A stretch of 64,000 nucleotides of DNA from IMG/VR virus record IMGVR_UViG_3300023174_000122, positions 1 to 64,000 of that record; one strand, 5' to 3'. Below the pieces are notes generated by a model that was not told where the DNA came from, searched no databases, and saw nothing but the letters and a program-made list of their open reading frames with translations. Origin of the DNA: a virus. This document shows, one piece after another, positions 56,681 through 64,000 of the stretch. How positions within the stretch are numbered: the stretch's first letter is position 1; every line of letters begins with the position of its first letter. Made by a program: the position numbers and the translations under genes.

Positions 56681-59265
56681 CTATTTTTATCAATCTTTTT
56701 TAAATCATTTAATTTCATATATATTTCATGATCTTGGATAGCTATTAAATCACCAAATATACAATCGTCTCTTTTAGAACCTTTAACTATCACGATGTTT
56801 CCTTCTTCAAAATTCCTATCATTTAATAATTTGTTAGTCTCAATATTATCGTTGAATATTAATACACTAATTGTGCTTGTTTCATCTGATATCTTTAGTC
56901 TAACATATCTTGTCTTTTTTGTATTTTTAGATATGCCAGAGAACACTTCTTCTATTTGCCCAACGAATGCTACTTTAGAGTTTACTGGTTCATCTAATAC
57001 ATCAGATACATATTTAAGATTTTCTCTTTTCTCAGCAAAAATATCTTTTAAATTTTTATTGTAAGTATATCCTAGAAGCTTCTTTTCGTAATACCAATTA
57101 GCAAAACTTTCGCTTTTGTTATTTTGTTCATATATACTTAAGTATGGAGTATACTTTTCTTTGATCGTCTCTAGTCTATTATCTTTAATTACTACTTTAT
57201 TTTTCTCATCTGTGAACTTATTAAGATGTTTAATAATTTTAACTAAATCATAATCAAATTTGTTTGCAAAAGATATGGCATATTTTTTCTCCTTAGAAGT
57301 CAACATATTCCACAATTGAACTTCTAATACTATTTTACTTCTTGATTGATTGAATCCACTAAGTGCTCCAGCTTGAATTAATGCAGATAATGCTCCGATA
57401 TTTAATCCAGCCTCTTCTGCCGCTTCAAATATTTCAAATTTATTAGAGTATTTGTTTCTGAAGCTATTTAATTTTTCTATTGATTTGTCACTAATTCCTT
57501 TGATTGATAATAAACCAAATCTAATATCTTTATCCTCTATGGAGAAGTCCATTTCTGATTTAATAATATGCGGAGGAAGAAGTTTGATTCCGAAGTTATG
57601 CATTTCTTTTTGGATCTTAGATATTTCACCAATTGGATCTGGCTCATTCCTGCTCATCTTTAACAAAGATAAAAAGAATTGTTGAGGATAATTAAACTTA
57701 AGATAAATTGTGATTGCTGCTAGTCCAGCGTAAGCTATAGAATGTGATTTATTAAATGAGTAGTTGGCAGAATCTTCTAGAATCTTCCATAGAATTTCGC
57801 CAACTTCTTTTGGAATTTTATTTTCTTTGCACTTTTGCTCAATCTTTTGTTGCCAAGCTTTGATCTCTTCAGTTTTCTTTTTGCCTACAATTCTTCTTAA
57901 GATTTCTGCTTCATCTAAAGTAAACCCAATCTTATGAGCCATTTTCATTAATTGTTCTTGATATAAAGCAACTCCGCCAGTCTCTTTTAAAATTTCATCA
58001 AAGAACGGATGAATACTTTCTGATTGTTGATAATTTGTATGAGCTGCATATTTATCTACGAATTGAAGTGCTCCAGGTCTAGCCAAAGCAAGAACACCAC
58101 TAAGCTCTTCTAGATTTTTTGGTTTAACTTTTTGACATACTCTGAAATTAGTTTCTGCTTCAATTTGAAATAAACCATGTGGGGATTTTAACTCTTGTAA
58201 ATTTCTATAAATAGATTCATGATTTAAATCAATATCTTCTATTTTTATGTTAATGCTCTTGCAAACATTATCTACCACAGAAACGCTTCTTAAACCAAGA
58301 ATATCTAACTTTATATTAAAAACGCTTGCCCAATTCATATCAAAACTAGATACCACTTCTTTATCTGAGGAAAATTCTGTTGGACATATAGTTTCTAGAT
58401 CATAATATGAAAGCAGTACTCCAGAAGGATGCACTCCTTTGTTCTTAATCAAATCTCTTAATTTAAGAGCGATTTGGTAAGCTTCTTTATTTTCATCACA
58501 CCAATCTTTAAACTGCTCAACTTCTACATAAGCTTCTGAAATATCTTTTACTTGACCATAGGTTTTAGGAATTAAAGAAGAGATCATTGTCATTTCCTGC
58601 TCTGGTTTTTCAGCAACGATTTTACCGCACTCTTTAATAAGCAATTTTCCACTTAAGCTATTAAAGGTTAATATTTTACTAGTTTTGCCTTTGAATTTAT
58701 TTTCAAGATATTGGAGTACTTTTTGACGATTATAATAACAAATATCTAAATCTACGTCACACATCAAACTACCATCTAGATACGTTACTCCATCAACAAC
58801 CTGCTTTTTAGCACGAATCTTGGATATAAATCTTTCAAAATACAGGTCATACTTGACTGGATCGATTCTGGTAACGCCTACTAAATACAATATCAAAGAT
58901 CCAGCGGCAGAACCTCTGCCTAAACCTACTGGAATATCGCTGGTTTTACAAAAATGGATAACATCCCATACCAATAATATATAATCAATAAACCCTAACT
59001 CTTTTAGGGTATCTAATTCGTGCTTTGCTCTATCAATATACTTCTTGTAATCCTTATGGGATTTATCGATATTTAAAGTTTTAAACCCATTTAATGCTAA
59101 AGCTCTTAAAAAATGATAATTGGATGAATCCTCGCTAATGCCTAAATGTCTTTTAGAGGCTAGATCAATTTCAAACTCAGGTAATCTTACTCCATGAATA
59201 TCTAGTTCTGTATCTTCGAATTTATCTGAAAATTCTTTGATATCGGAATAATTATGAGTCTTCAT
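56677..59265 (-). CDS. dnaE: DNA polymerase III alpha catalytic core lacking the PHP domain (likely start 59265; ORF open to 59292)
   Basis: GRGSAAGS, CDVDLD, GVHPSGV, KLDILGL, RPG, YSFNKSH, IRFGLLSIKG, C-terminal OB fold. Confidence 0.92.
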   Translation of the reverse strand: MKTHNYSDIKEFSDKFEDTELDIHGVRLPEFEIDLASKRHLGISEDSSNYHFLRALALNGFKTLNIDKSHKDYKKYIDRAKHELDTLKELGFIDYILLVWDVIHFCKTSDIPVGLGRGSAAGSLILYLVGVTRIDPVKYDLYFERFISKIRAKKQVVDGVTYLDGSLMCDVDLDICYYNRQKVLQYLENKFKGKTSKILTFNSLSGKLLIKECGKIVAEKPEQEMTMISSLIPKTYGQVKDISEAYVEVEQFKDWCDENKEAYQIALKLRDLIKNKGVHPSGVLLSYYDLETICPTEFSSDKEVVSSFDMNWASVFNIKLDILGLRSVSVVDNVCKSINIKIEDIDLNHESIYRNLQELKSPHGLFQIEAETNFRVCQKVKPKNLEELSGVLALARPGALQFVDKYAAHTNYQQSESIHPFFDEILKETGGVALYQEQLMKMAHKIGFTLDEAEILRRIVGKKKTEEIKAWQQKIEQKCKENKIPKEVGEILWKILEDSANYSFNKSHSIAYAGLAAITIYLKFNYPQQFFLSLLKMSRNEPDPIGEISKIQKEMHNFGIKLLPPHIIKSEMDFSIEDKDIRFGLLSIKGISDKSIEKLNSFRNKYSNKFEIFEAAEEAGLNIGALSALIQAGALSGFNQSRSKIVLEVQLWNMLTSKEKKYAISFANKFDYDLVKIIKHLNKFTDEKNKVVIKDNRLETIKEKYTPYLSIYEQNNKSESFANWYYEKKLLGYTYNKNLKDIFAEKRENLKYVSDVLDEPVNSKVAFVGQIEEVFSGISKNTKKTRYVRLKISDETSTISVLIFNDNIETNKLLNDRNFEEGNIVIVKGSKRDDCIFGDLIAIQDHEIYMKLNDLKKIDKNS

Positions 59266-59482
59266 TTTCATCTTCCTCTTGCTCTTTTTCAATTTTATCT
59301 ATTTCTTCGTTAAAAACGTGCAAGCCTTTTGCTAGGATTTTCATAGAGGCTCGATCTTTTAAACTATAAAAGACATCTGCTTTGCCCTTCTTCTTACCCT
59401 TTTCTATTGTTATAAGAAGATACTCTATACCATGATCTTCTAAATTCTGTATGGTATCATAAACATTATCTAATGAGCCCAT
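59252..59482 (-). CDS. small hypothetical acidic protein
   Basis: 76-aa ORF coupled between exonuclease and dnaE core. Confidence 0.6.
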   Translation of the reverse strand: MGSLDNVYDTIQNLEDHGIEYLLITIEKGKKKGKADVFYSLKDRASMKILAKGLHVFNEEIDKIEKEQEEDENEDS

Positions 59483-59483
59483 T

Positions 59484-60122
59484 TTATACCTCTATCTGCC
59501 ATTTTAATTTGTTCCAAACTTTTAAATTCAAATCAAGATCATTTATTGCATCGTGAAGACTTTCATAATCATGCTCTATGCCATTCTCTTTACCCAAAAA
59601 GGTCAAAGAGCTTTTAACGTTTTTCTTTCTGGTATTAAGAATTTTATATTGATATTCAAGTAAATCATCTTTAGGCGTATAAATAGAATTATACTTAATG
59701 CCTCTTGCTACGGCATTAGTATCTATGATTTTATTCATTAAGCCTTTCCAATTCGATTGCATAGTTTTATAATATTCTTTTATAAGATAAATGTCAAATC
59801 CTAAAATATTATGTCCAATTATATAATCTGCATTATCGAGCCAATCTTTTATAGTAGGAAATACTTCTTTTGGATCAAATCCTTCTTTCTGAACTTTTCT
59901 ATGATCATATCTTGTGATCCTCGCAGCATCTTCACTTATCTTCAAATCTGTATCCCATTTTAAATAGAAATTTTTCTGGTCTATCTTCTTGTCACCTTTA
60001 ACTTTTATCATTGCTATTTGCCAAGGAATATTGTGACAAAAATTAAGGCAAAGATTAAATGTTTCGCAATCTATAAAAACTATAGTCTTATCCTTATCGT
60101 ATCTTAAAAGATGCTCGTCCAT
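59484..60122 (-). CDS. DEDDh 3'-5' exonuclease (DnaQ/epsilon-like)
   Basis: IDCET (ExoI), GHNILGFD (ExoII), HDAIND (ExoIII). Confidence 0.85.
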   Translation of the reverse strand: MDEHLLRYDKDKTIVFIDCETFNLCLNFCHNIPWQIAMIKVKGDKKIDQKNFYLKWDTDLKISEDAARITRYDHRKVQKEGFDPKEVFPTIKDWLDNADYIIGHNILGFDIYLIKEYYKTMQSNWKGLMNKIIDTNAVARGIKYNSIYTPKDDLLEYQYKILNTRKKNVKSSLTFLGKENGIEHDYESLHDAINDLDLNLKVWNKLKWQIEV

Positions 60123-60869
60123 TTAACTCCTTTTATTAATGCTTTCAAAACAAAATTCATTACTTGACATATGATCTAAATTAGGTTTGTTTAAAATGCT
60201 TCTATTGTTAATGCACCTAAAAGTTAGGTAAGCTTTAAAATCTTCTCTTGAATTATAAAAAATGCTTTGTGCTTTATATATTTTTAGATCATTTTTTTCT
60301 GCAAAAGATAAAGCCCTTTGTTTTACTAGCGAATCAAATGGTAGATCATTATCTTCTATAAAGAATATAGGCTTCGTAAAATCAAACTGAGGAATACAAA
60401 GACTATTCTTAAGAGTATTATTAAATATAAAAGAATCATAAAAAGGTATACATAAAATTAAATCATCAGTCCAATTTTTAGAAATTGTTTCATAATCCAA
60501 TCTTGGTTCATAATAAAAACCTTCTTTTGATGCGATGCTGTAAAGCTTTGTTAACCGCTGGTATCCTTCTTTATTTTTAAAAAATAAAATAATCTTTGAA
60601 GATTTGGTCTTTGACTCTTCGGATTTATCGCTCATTGATTCGGTAACAGATATTCTTAATCCATAATTTAATTTGATATTATTTTTACGACAATTAGAAT
60701 AAGCTTCAAGAAATGAAGACATGTTATCTTCTACTAGATAAAGCTCTTTCATTTTGTTTTGTTTACAGATTTGGATAATAGAATCTGGATAATCATCTTT
60801 TTCGTCTTTATCTTCAAGTGTCAAAATAGACCTACCCAAAGAATAGTGAGATTTAAACAGCGGTATCAT
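60123..60869 (-). CDS. stand-alone PHP domain of Pol III alpha
   Basis: PLFKSHYSLGRS, KLNYGL, LFFKNKEGYQRLTKLYS...GFYYEPRLD match the DnaE N-terminus. Confidence 0.8.
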   Translation of the reverse strand: MIPLFKSHYSLGRSILTLEDKDEKDDYPDSIIQICKQNKMKELYLVEDNMSSFLEAYSNCRKNNIKLNYGLRISVTESMSDKSEESKTKSSKIILFFKNKEGYQRLTKLYSIASKEGFYYEPRLDYETISKNWTDDLILCIPFYDSFIFNNTLKNSLCIPQFDFTKPIFFIEDNDLPFDSLVKQRALSFAEKNDLKIYKAQSIFYNSREDFKAYLTFRCINNRSILNKPNLDHMSSNEFCFESINKRS

Positions 60870-60876
60870 TTATATT

Positions 60877-60905
60877 AGGTTAACAGCAATTTTATAAAAA
60901 ATCAA
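60877..60905 (-). promoter_or_regulatory. sigma70-like promoter TTGATT-N17-TAACCT, leaderless
   Basis: -10 ends 7 nt before ATG 60869. Confidence 0.45.
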
Positions 60906-61852
60906 TCTAAAAAATTATCTTTCTTTGGGCTGCCTTGTTCGTTATTAAATTTTGGGCATCCTTCGTACTTTCTTGTTTCTATTTTAAATCCATCAATATT
61001 TTTAAAATCATTATTTAAGCTGGTTTCTATGACCTCTCCACCTTGATTTATTTTAACATAATAATCATAAGAAGCTTTATATGGGCAGACCCAAGATCCT
61101 ATACCACACATCCATTTATTCTTTGGACTATCTACTGCAAAATTAGCCCTTGCGCTTTCTTCATCAAAATTATTTATATATTCATTAATATGCTCTAAGT
61201 AATATTCAAAACCTTTGATCTGTTCGTCATTAAATGAAAGCTCTTGAGTAGGCTTTTTGGGAAATCTAAGGAAAAGGAATTTAACTATGGGTTTTAATTT
61301 AGGCCAAAGCTTTTTGCTTGCTAGACTATACATCATCGCTTGGATATTGGCTTCAAGCTCATCTCCTCGGAATTTATATTTGGAGCTCTTGTAGTCGATT
61401 ATATGCATTTCTTTTTTGATTTTAATGGGCTTATCCATAAACCCACGAATATGATATTTAGGTTGGTCATTTTGAATATTAAAGGCATACTCTGGTTTCA
61501 CTATCTTTCCATTTTCCCCAAAGAAATCTTCTTTAAGTCCGACTAGAATCATTTCATCTAATAGTTCATAATTGGATTCAGCCAGACCCACTTTCAAGGA
61601 TAATTTTTTAACTAATTTAGATATGCCTTTGCTACCATTAATTGCATTATTTTTAATTATGATATCATAATGTCTTTTATGTCTTTCTTTTAATAGTAAT
61701 TCAAAAACTGTATGACAAATCGTACCTCTCAAAGCTCCTTCATTCTGAGCTTGAGGAATTTTATCATGATAATTGTTCCAGTAAACCCAAGAACATGTTT
61801 CAAGGGTTTTTATTCTAGAGGCTGATAAAACTTTTAAAGCGCTTTTTTCCAT
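60902..61852 (-). CDS. PD-(D/E)XK nuclease, Cas4/RecB/AddB-like
   Basis: LSASRI..C, GTICH, RGFMD, IIDYKS, QAMMY; one N-terminal and three C-terminal Cys. Confidence 0.8.
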   Translation of the reverse strand: MEKSALKVLSASRIKTLETCSWVYWNNYHDKIPQAQNEGALRGTICHTVFELLLKERHKRHYDIIIKNNAINGSKGISKLVKKLSLKVGLAESNYELLDEMILVGLKEDFFGENGKIVKPEYAFNIQNDQPKYHIRGFMDKPIKIKKEMHIIDYKSSKYKFRGDELEANIQAMMYSLASKKLWPKLKPIVKFLFLRFPKKPTQELSFNDEQIKGFEYYLEHINEYINNFDEESARANFAVDSPKNKWMCGIGSWVCPYKASYDYYVKINQGGEVIETSLNNDFKNIDGFKIETRKYEGCPKFNNEQGSPKKDNFLD

Positions 61853-62739
61853 TGAAGTATTTCCTCTCTTGTCATCTCTCCAAAATCTTTTTTAACGGGT
61901 AGGGCGATTTTGAGTTGTCGTTGATCAAAGTATCTTTTAAGTCTAGAATAGATTTTATCTGCTCCAATATTTCCTGCCATATTTTTATTTGAATCATTAT
62001 TCAAACTAATATATATCTTTTTAATATCTAATTTGAGCATATGATTTAATATGGGCAAACTGAGACTAGTGCCGAAGGTAACTAAAACATTTTTAACGCC
62101 ACTTTGCCATAAATTTAACATATCTCCTACGCTCTCTACCAGTATTACTTCTCTTTGTTCTTGCAGTATAGAATCATTTAAAAATAATGGATATAAAAAG
62201 TCGCTTTTTTCTCCAAGATGTTTCCATTTTATCTTAGATATATTTGTAACATCTCTACCAGAGAATCCTATGATATTATTTTTTAAATTGAAAATAGGAA
62301 AAACATATCTATTCTTCATTTTACCAGCGTGGGCTACACCACCTTTAAATTGAGATATAGTTTCTTGGGTTATATTTCTATTGATCCAGTAATCGTGCCG
62401 ATTCTCTAGTCTATCTAAAATGTTTATATCAAAACTTTTTGCAGATTTAATTAAAGGCTTTTCTACATCTGAAGCAATTTGAGATATGAAATTTTTATTT
62501 TTAAGCCATTGTTTGGCTTCATCAACGTCATCTAATTTTAAAGTTAATTTGACTAATGAATTTAAATCGCCACTTATGTTTTGTTTAAAGTCAAACCAGT
62601 TGCCACTATTTTTTTCTATTTTTAATACTGTATCGTTATCACTATCTCTATATAGTGGTCTTGTTCGGTATTCCTTACCATGGTCTTTCAACTTGTATCC
62701 TAAATCCGTAAGGACTTGAAAGACGTTTAATTCTTCCAT
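61834..62739 (-). CDS. dnaG: DnaG-type DNA primase (TOPRIM)
   Basis: RYVFPI...IIGFSGR, KWKH, LVESVGD, GTS, KDFGE. Confidence 0.8.
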   Translation of the reverse strand: MEELNVFQVLTDLGYKLKDHGKEYRTRPLYRDSDNDTVLKIEKNSGNWFDFKQNISGDLNSLVKLTLKLDDVDEAKQWLKNKNFISQIASDVEKPLIKSAKSFDINILDRLENRHDYWINRNITQETISQFKGGVAHAGKMKNRYVFPIFNLKNNIIGFSGRDVTNISKIKWKHLGEKSDFLYPLFLNDSILQEQREVILVESVGDMLNLWQSGVKNVLVTFGTSLSLPILNHMLKLDIKKIYISLNNDSNKNMAGNIGADKIYSRLKRYFDQRQLKIALPVKKDFGEMTREEILQWKKAL

Positions 62740-63383
62740 TCTAATGCCTCTGCTATTACTGGAAAGTTATTTATGAATATTTTTTTACATTCATCAGCAA
62801 TCAATCTGTGTTCTTTTTGGGTGTTCTCTTGAGTTCTTAATTCAATATAGTGAATCCAACTTCTTAAAGACCCTTTCATATACATTGTAGTTTGCGTTGT
62901 TAATGGTAAAACCATTCTTGCAACTTCTTTAGCTATCCCATTATCAATCATTGTTTGATAACAATGCTCCGACAAAGAAAGAGATTCTGCTAAAAGTGCA
63001 TTTAAATTATTAAACTCTGGATGATTTTTAGGTAAAAGATCTTCTCCAACTTGCCTATTCTTACTTCCTTGAAGTCTTAACTCTACGTCTTCGTAATCGG
63101 TGGCTTCGCTATATCTTTGTGAAAATTCTTGGAAGCTAAATGATCTATGCCTTAAAATTTGAGCAGCAATTCCACGGCTAGTTTTAATTTCAACGCACAT
63201 ATCAACAAGCTCAAATGGACTCCAATGCTTATGTTTAATTAGAAATTTTAATAGTTTTGGAGCGCTTTCAAGATTCATTTGATTAGACGGATTGCTAACT
63301 CTAGCACAAAATGCAACTAAATCTTCTGCATTTTTAATTTCTTTAATCTCTGGTTTTGTTACTGATACTAAATTTACGTTCAT
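62727..63383 (-). CDS. thyX: FAD-dependent thymidylate synthase
   Basis: CARVS, HWSPFE, QILRHRSFSFQEFSQRY, EVARMVLP, TQKEHR. Confidence 0.95.
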   Translation of the reverse strand: MNVNLVSVTKPEIKEIKNAEDLVAFCARVSNPSNQMNLESAPKLLKFLIKHKHWSPFELVDMCVEIKTSRGIAAQILRHRSFSFQEFSQRYSEATDYEDVELRLQGSKNRQVGEDLLPKNHPEFNNLNALLAESLSLSEHCYQTMIDNGIAKEVARMVLPLTTQTTMYMKGSLRSWIHYIELRTQENTQKEHRLIADECKKIFINNFPVIAEALEWKN

Positions 63384-64000
63384 AGTATTTCTCCATCATT
63401 TTGATTAGAATCATTAAGTTCGTAACGCTCTCTTTGAGAAGCGGATACATCGTTCAAAGAACCGCGCTCTTCAATATTAAAATTTTCTACTTGATAATTC
63501 AAGTAATTCTGCGCCCATGTTTCTTTGCCAGTGCAATCTAATCTTCTAACTAGATCTTGGTGACCCGCAGCATCTTTACCTTGAAATCTAGTTTTTGTTG
63601 GTATCAATTTATGCGTACCAAATGCTTGACCATCTAAAGCAAGCTCATCTAAAGTTTTTCTTCTAAAGATTGCTACAAAAGAAGCAAACCATTGAAGTCT
63701 ATCTGATAAAGAGATTACTGAGCTATCGTCAACTACCTCTGCACCTTTTCTATTAAAGCTTTCTCCAGTTCTATTTAATTGCATCGCAGTAATAACTGGA
63801 CATTGAATCTCTTCTGATATCCTTTTAAGTTTATCAATTTTATCTCCAATAGCTTGGTGCTCTGCCCAATTTTGACCGACCTTTTCTCCAGTTAATTTTA
63901 TATAATCGTAAGCAATCATAGCTTGATTTCCTCTGCCAACTTTTGAAAGATACCATCTGCGGATAATAGAACAAATTTGATCTATGTTTTTGTTACCGAC
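63380..64000 (-). CDS. dnaB: replicative DnaB-like helicase, C-terminal part (5' end outside window)
   Basis: YDYIKL, LKRISEEIQCPVITAMQLNR, KTRF. Confidence 0.8.
   Translation of the reverse strand, partial: VGNKNIDQICSIIRRWYLSKVGRGNQAMIAYDYIKLTGEKVGQNWAEHQAIGDKIDKLKRISEEIQCPVITAMQLNRTGESFNRKGAEVVDDSSVISLSDRLQWFASFVAIFRRKTLDELALDGQAFGTHKLIPTKTRFQGKDAAGHQDLVRRLDCTGKETWAQNYLNYQVENFNIEERGSLNDVSASQRERYELNDSNQNDGEIL

Noticed and set aside
56677-60869. Split-intein DnaE
   Set aside because: No intein N-terminal Cys block or C-terminal HN motif seen; the split is at the PHP boundary.
56795-62719. Short plus-strand ORFs within replication genes
   Set aside because: Antisense shadows of dnaE, nuclease and primase.
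1-64000. Stop-codon reassignment
   Set aside because: The standard code gives dense, long, coupled ORFs, and TAA, TGA and TAG all terminate genes.
1-64000. Eukaryotic giant-virus origin (suggested by poly-Ser, PS repeats, RCC1, FG-GAP, Cys-rich proteins)
   Set aside because: Tape measure, prohead protease, DnaE/DnaG/DnaB, SD sites, sigma70 promoters and an intrinsic terminator indicate a bacteriophage.
1-64000. tRNA, rRNA or structured ncRNA genes
   Set aside because: Intergenic gaps are short and AT-rich with no cloverleaf seen by eye; tRNAscan/Infernal not run.

Overview
This is a 64 kb segment of a large, AT-rich (roughly 30% GC by eye), densely coding tailed bacteriophage (Caudoviricetes; long tape measure, no sheath gene recognised, so probably non-contractile). 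The + strand (1-51533) is the virion module: a 5'-truncated trypsin-like protease-domain protein, a small lipoprotein, a split LRR gene, prohead protease/scaffold, decoration protein, major capsid protein, a 1505-aa repetitive fibre, a LamG lectin protein, neck/tail-completion genes, tail tube, chaperones, a 1775-aa tape measure protein and about 27 kb of large tail-tip/adhesin genes (RCC1, FG-GAP, Cys-rich, poly-Ser). The - strand (51530-64000) converges on it and carries DnaB (partial), ThyX, DnaG, a Cas4/RecB-like nuclease, a DnaE-type polymerase split into PHP, exonuclease and core genes, three glycosyltransferase genes and a Rad52/Sak-like annealing protein. The strongest candidate for an undescribed system is phage-encoded O-glycosylation of the virion surface: peripheral structural proteins are saturated with [S/T]-G dipeptides and poly-Ser/Ser-Pro tracts, and the genome encodes a GT4/Anp1-like/split-GT9 cluster. 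A second candidate is a PD-(D/E)XK nuclease-like domain inside the tape measure protein, bracketed by repeated GxIPNF modules. All calls come from motif recognition by eye; no searches were run and counts are hand counts.
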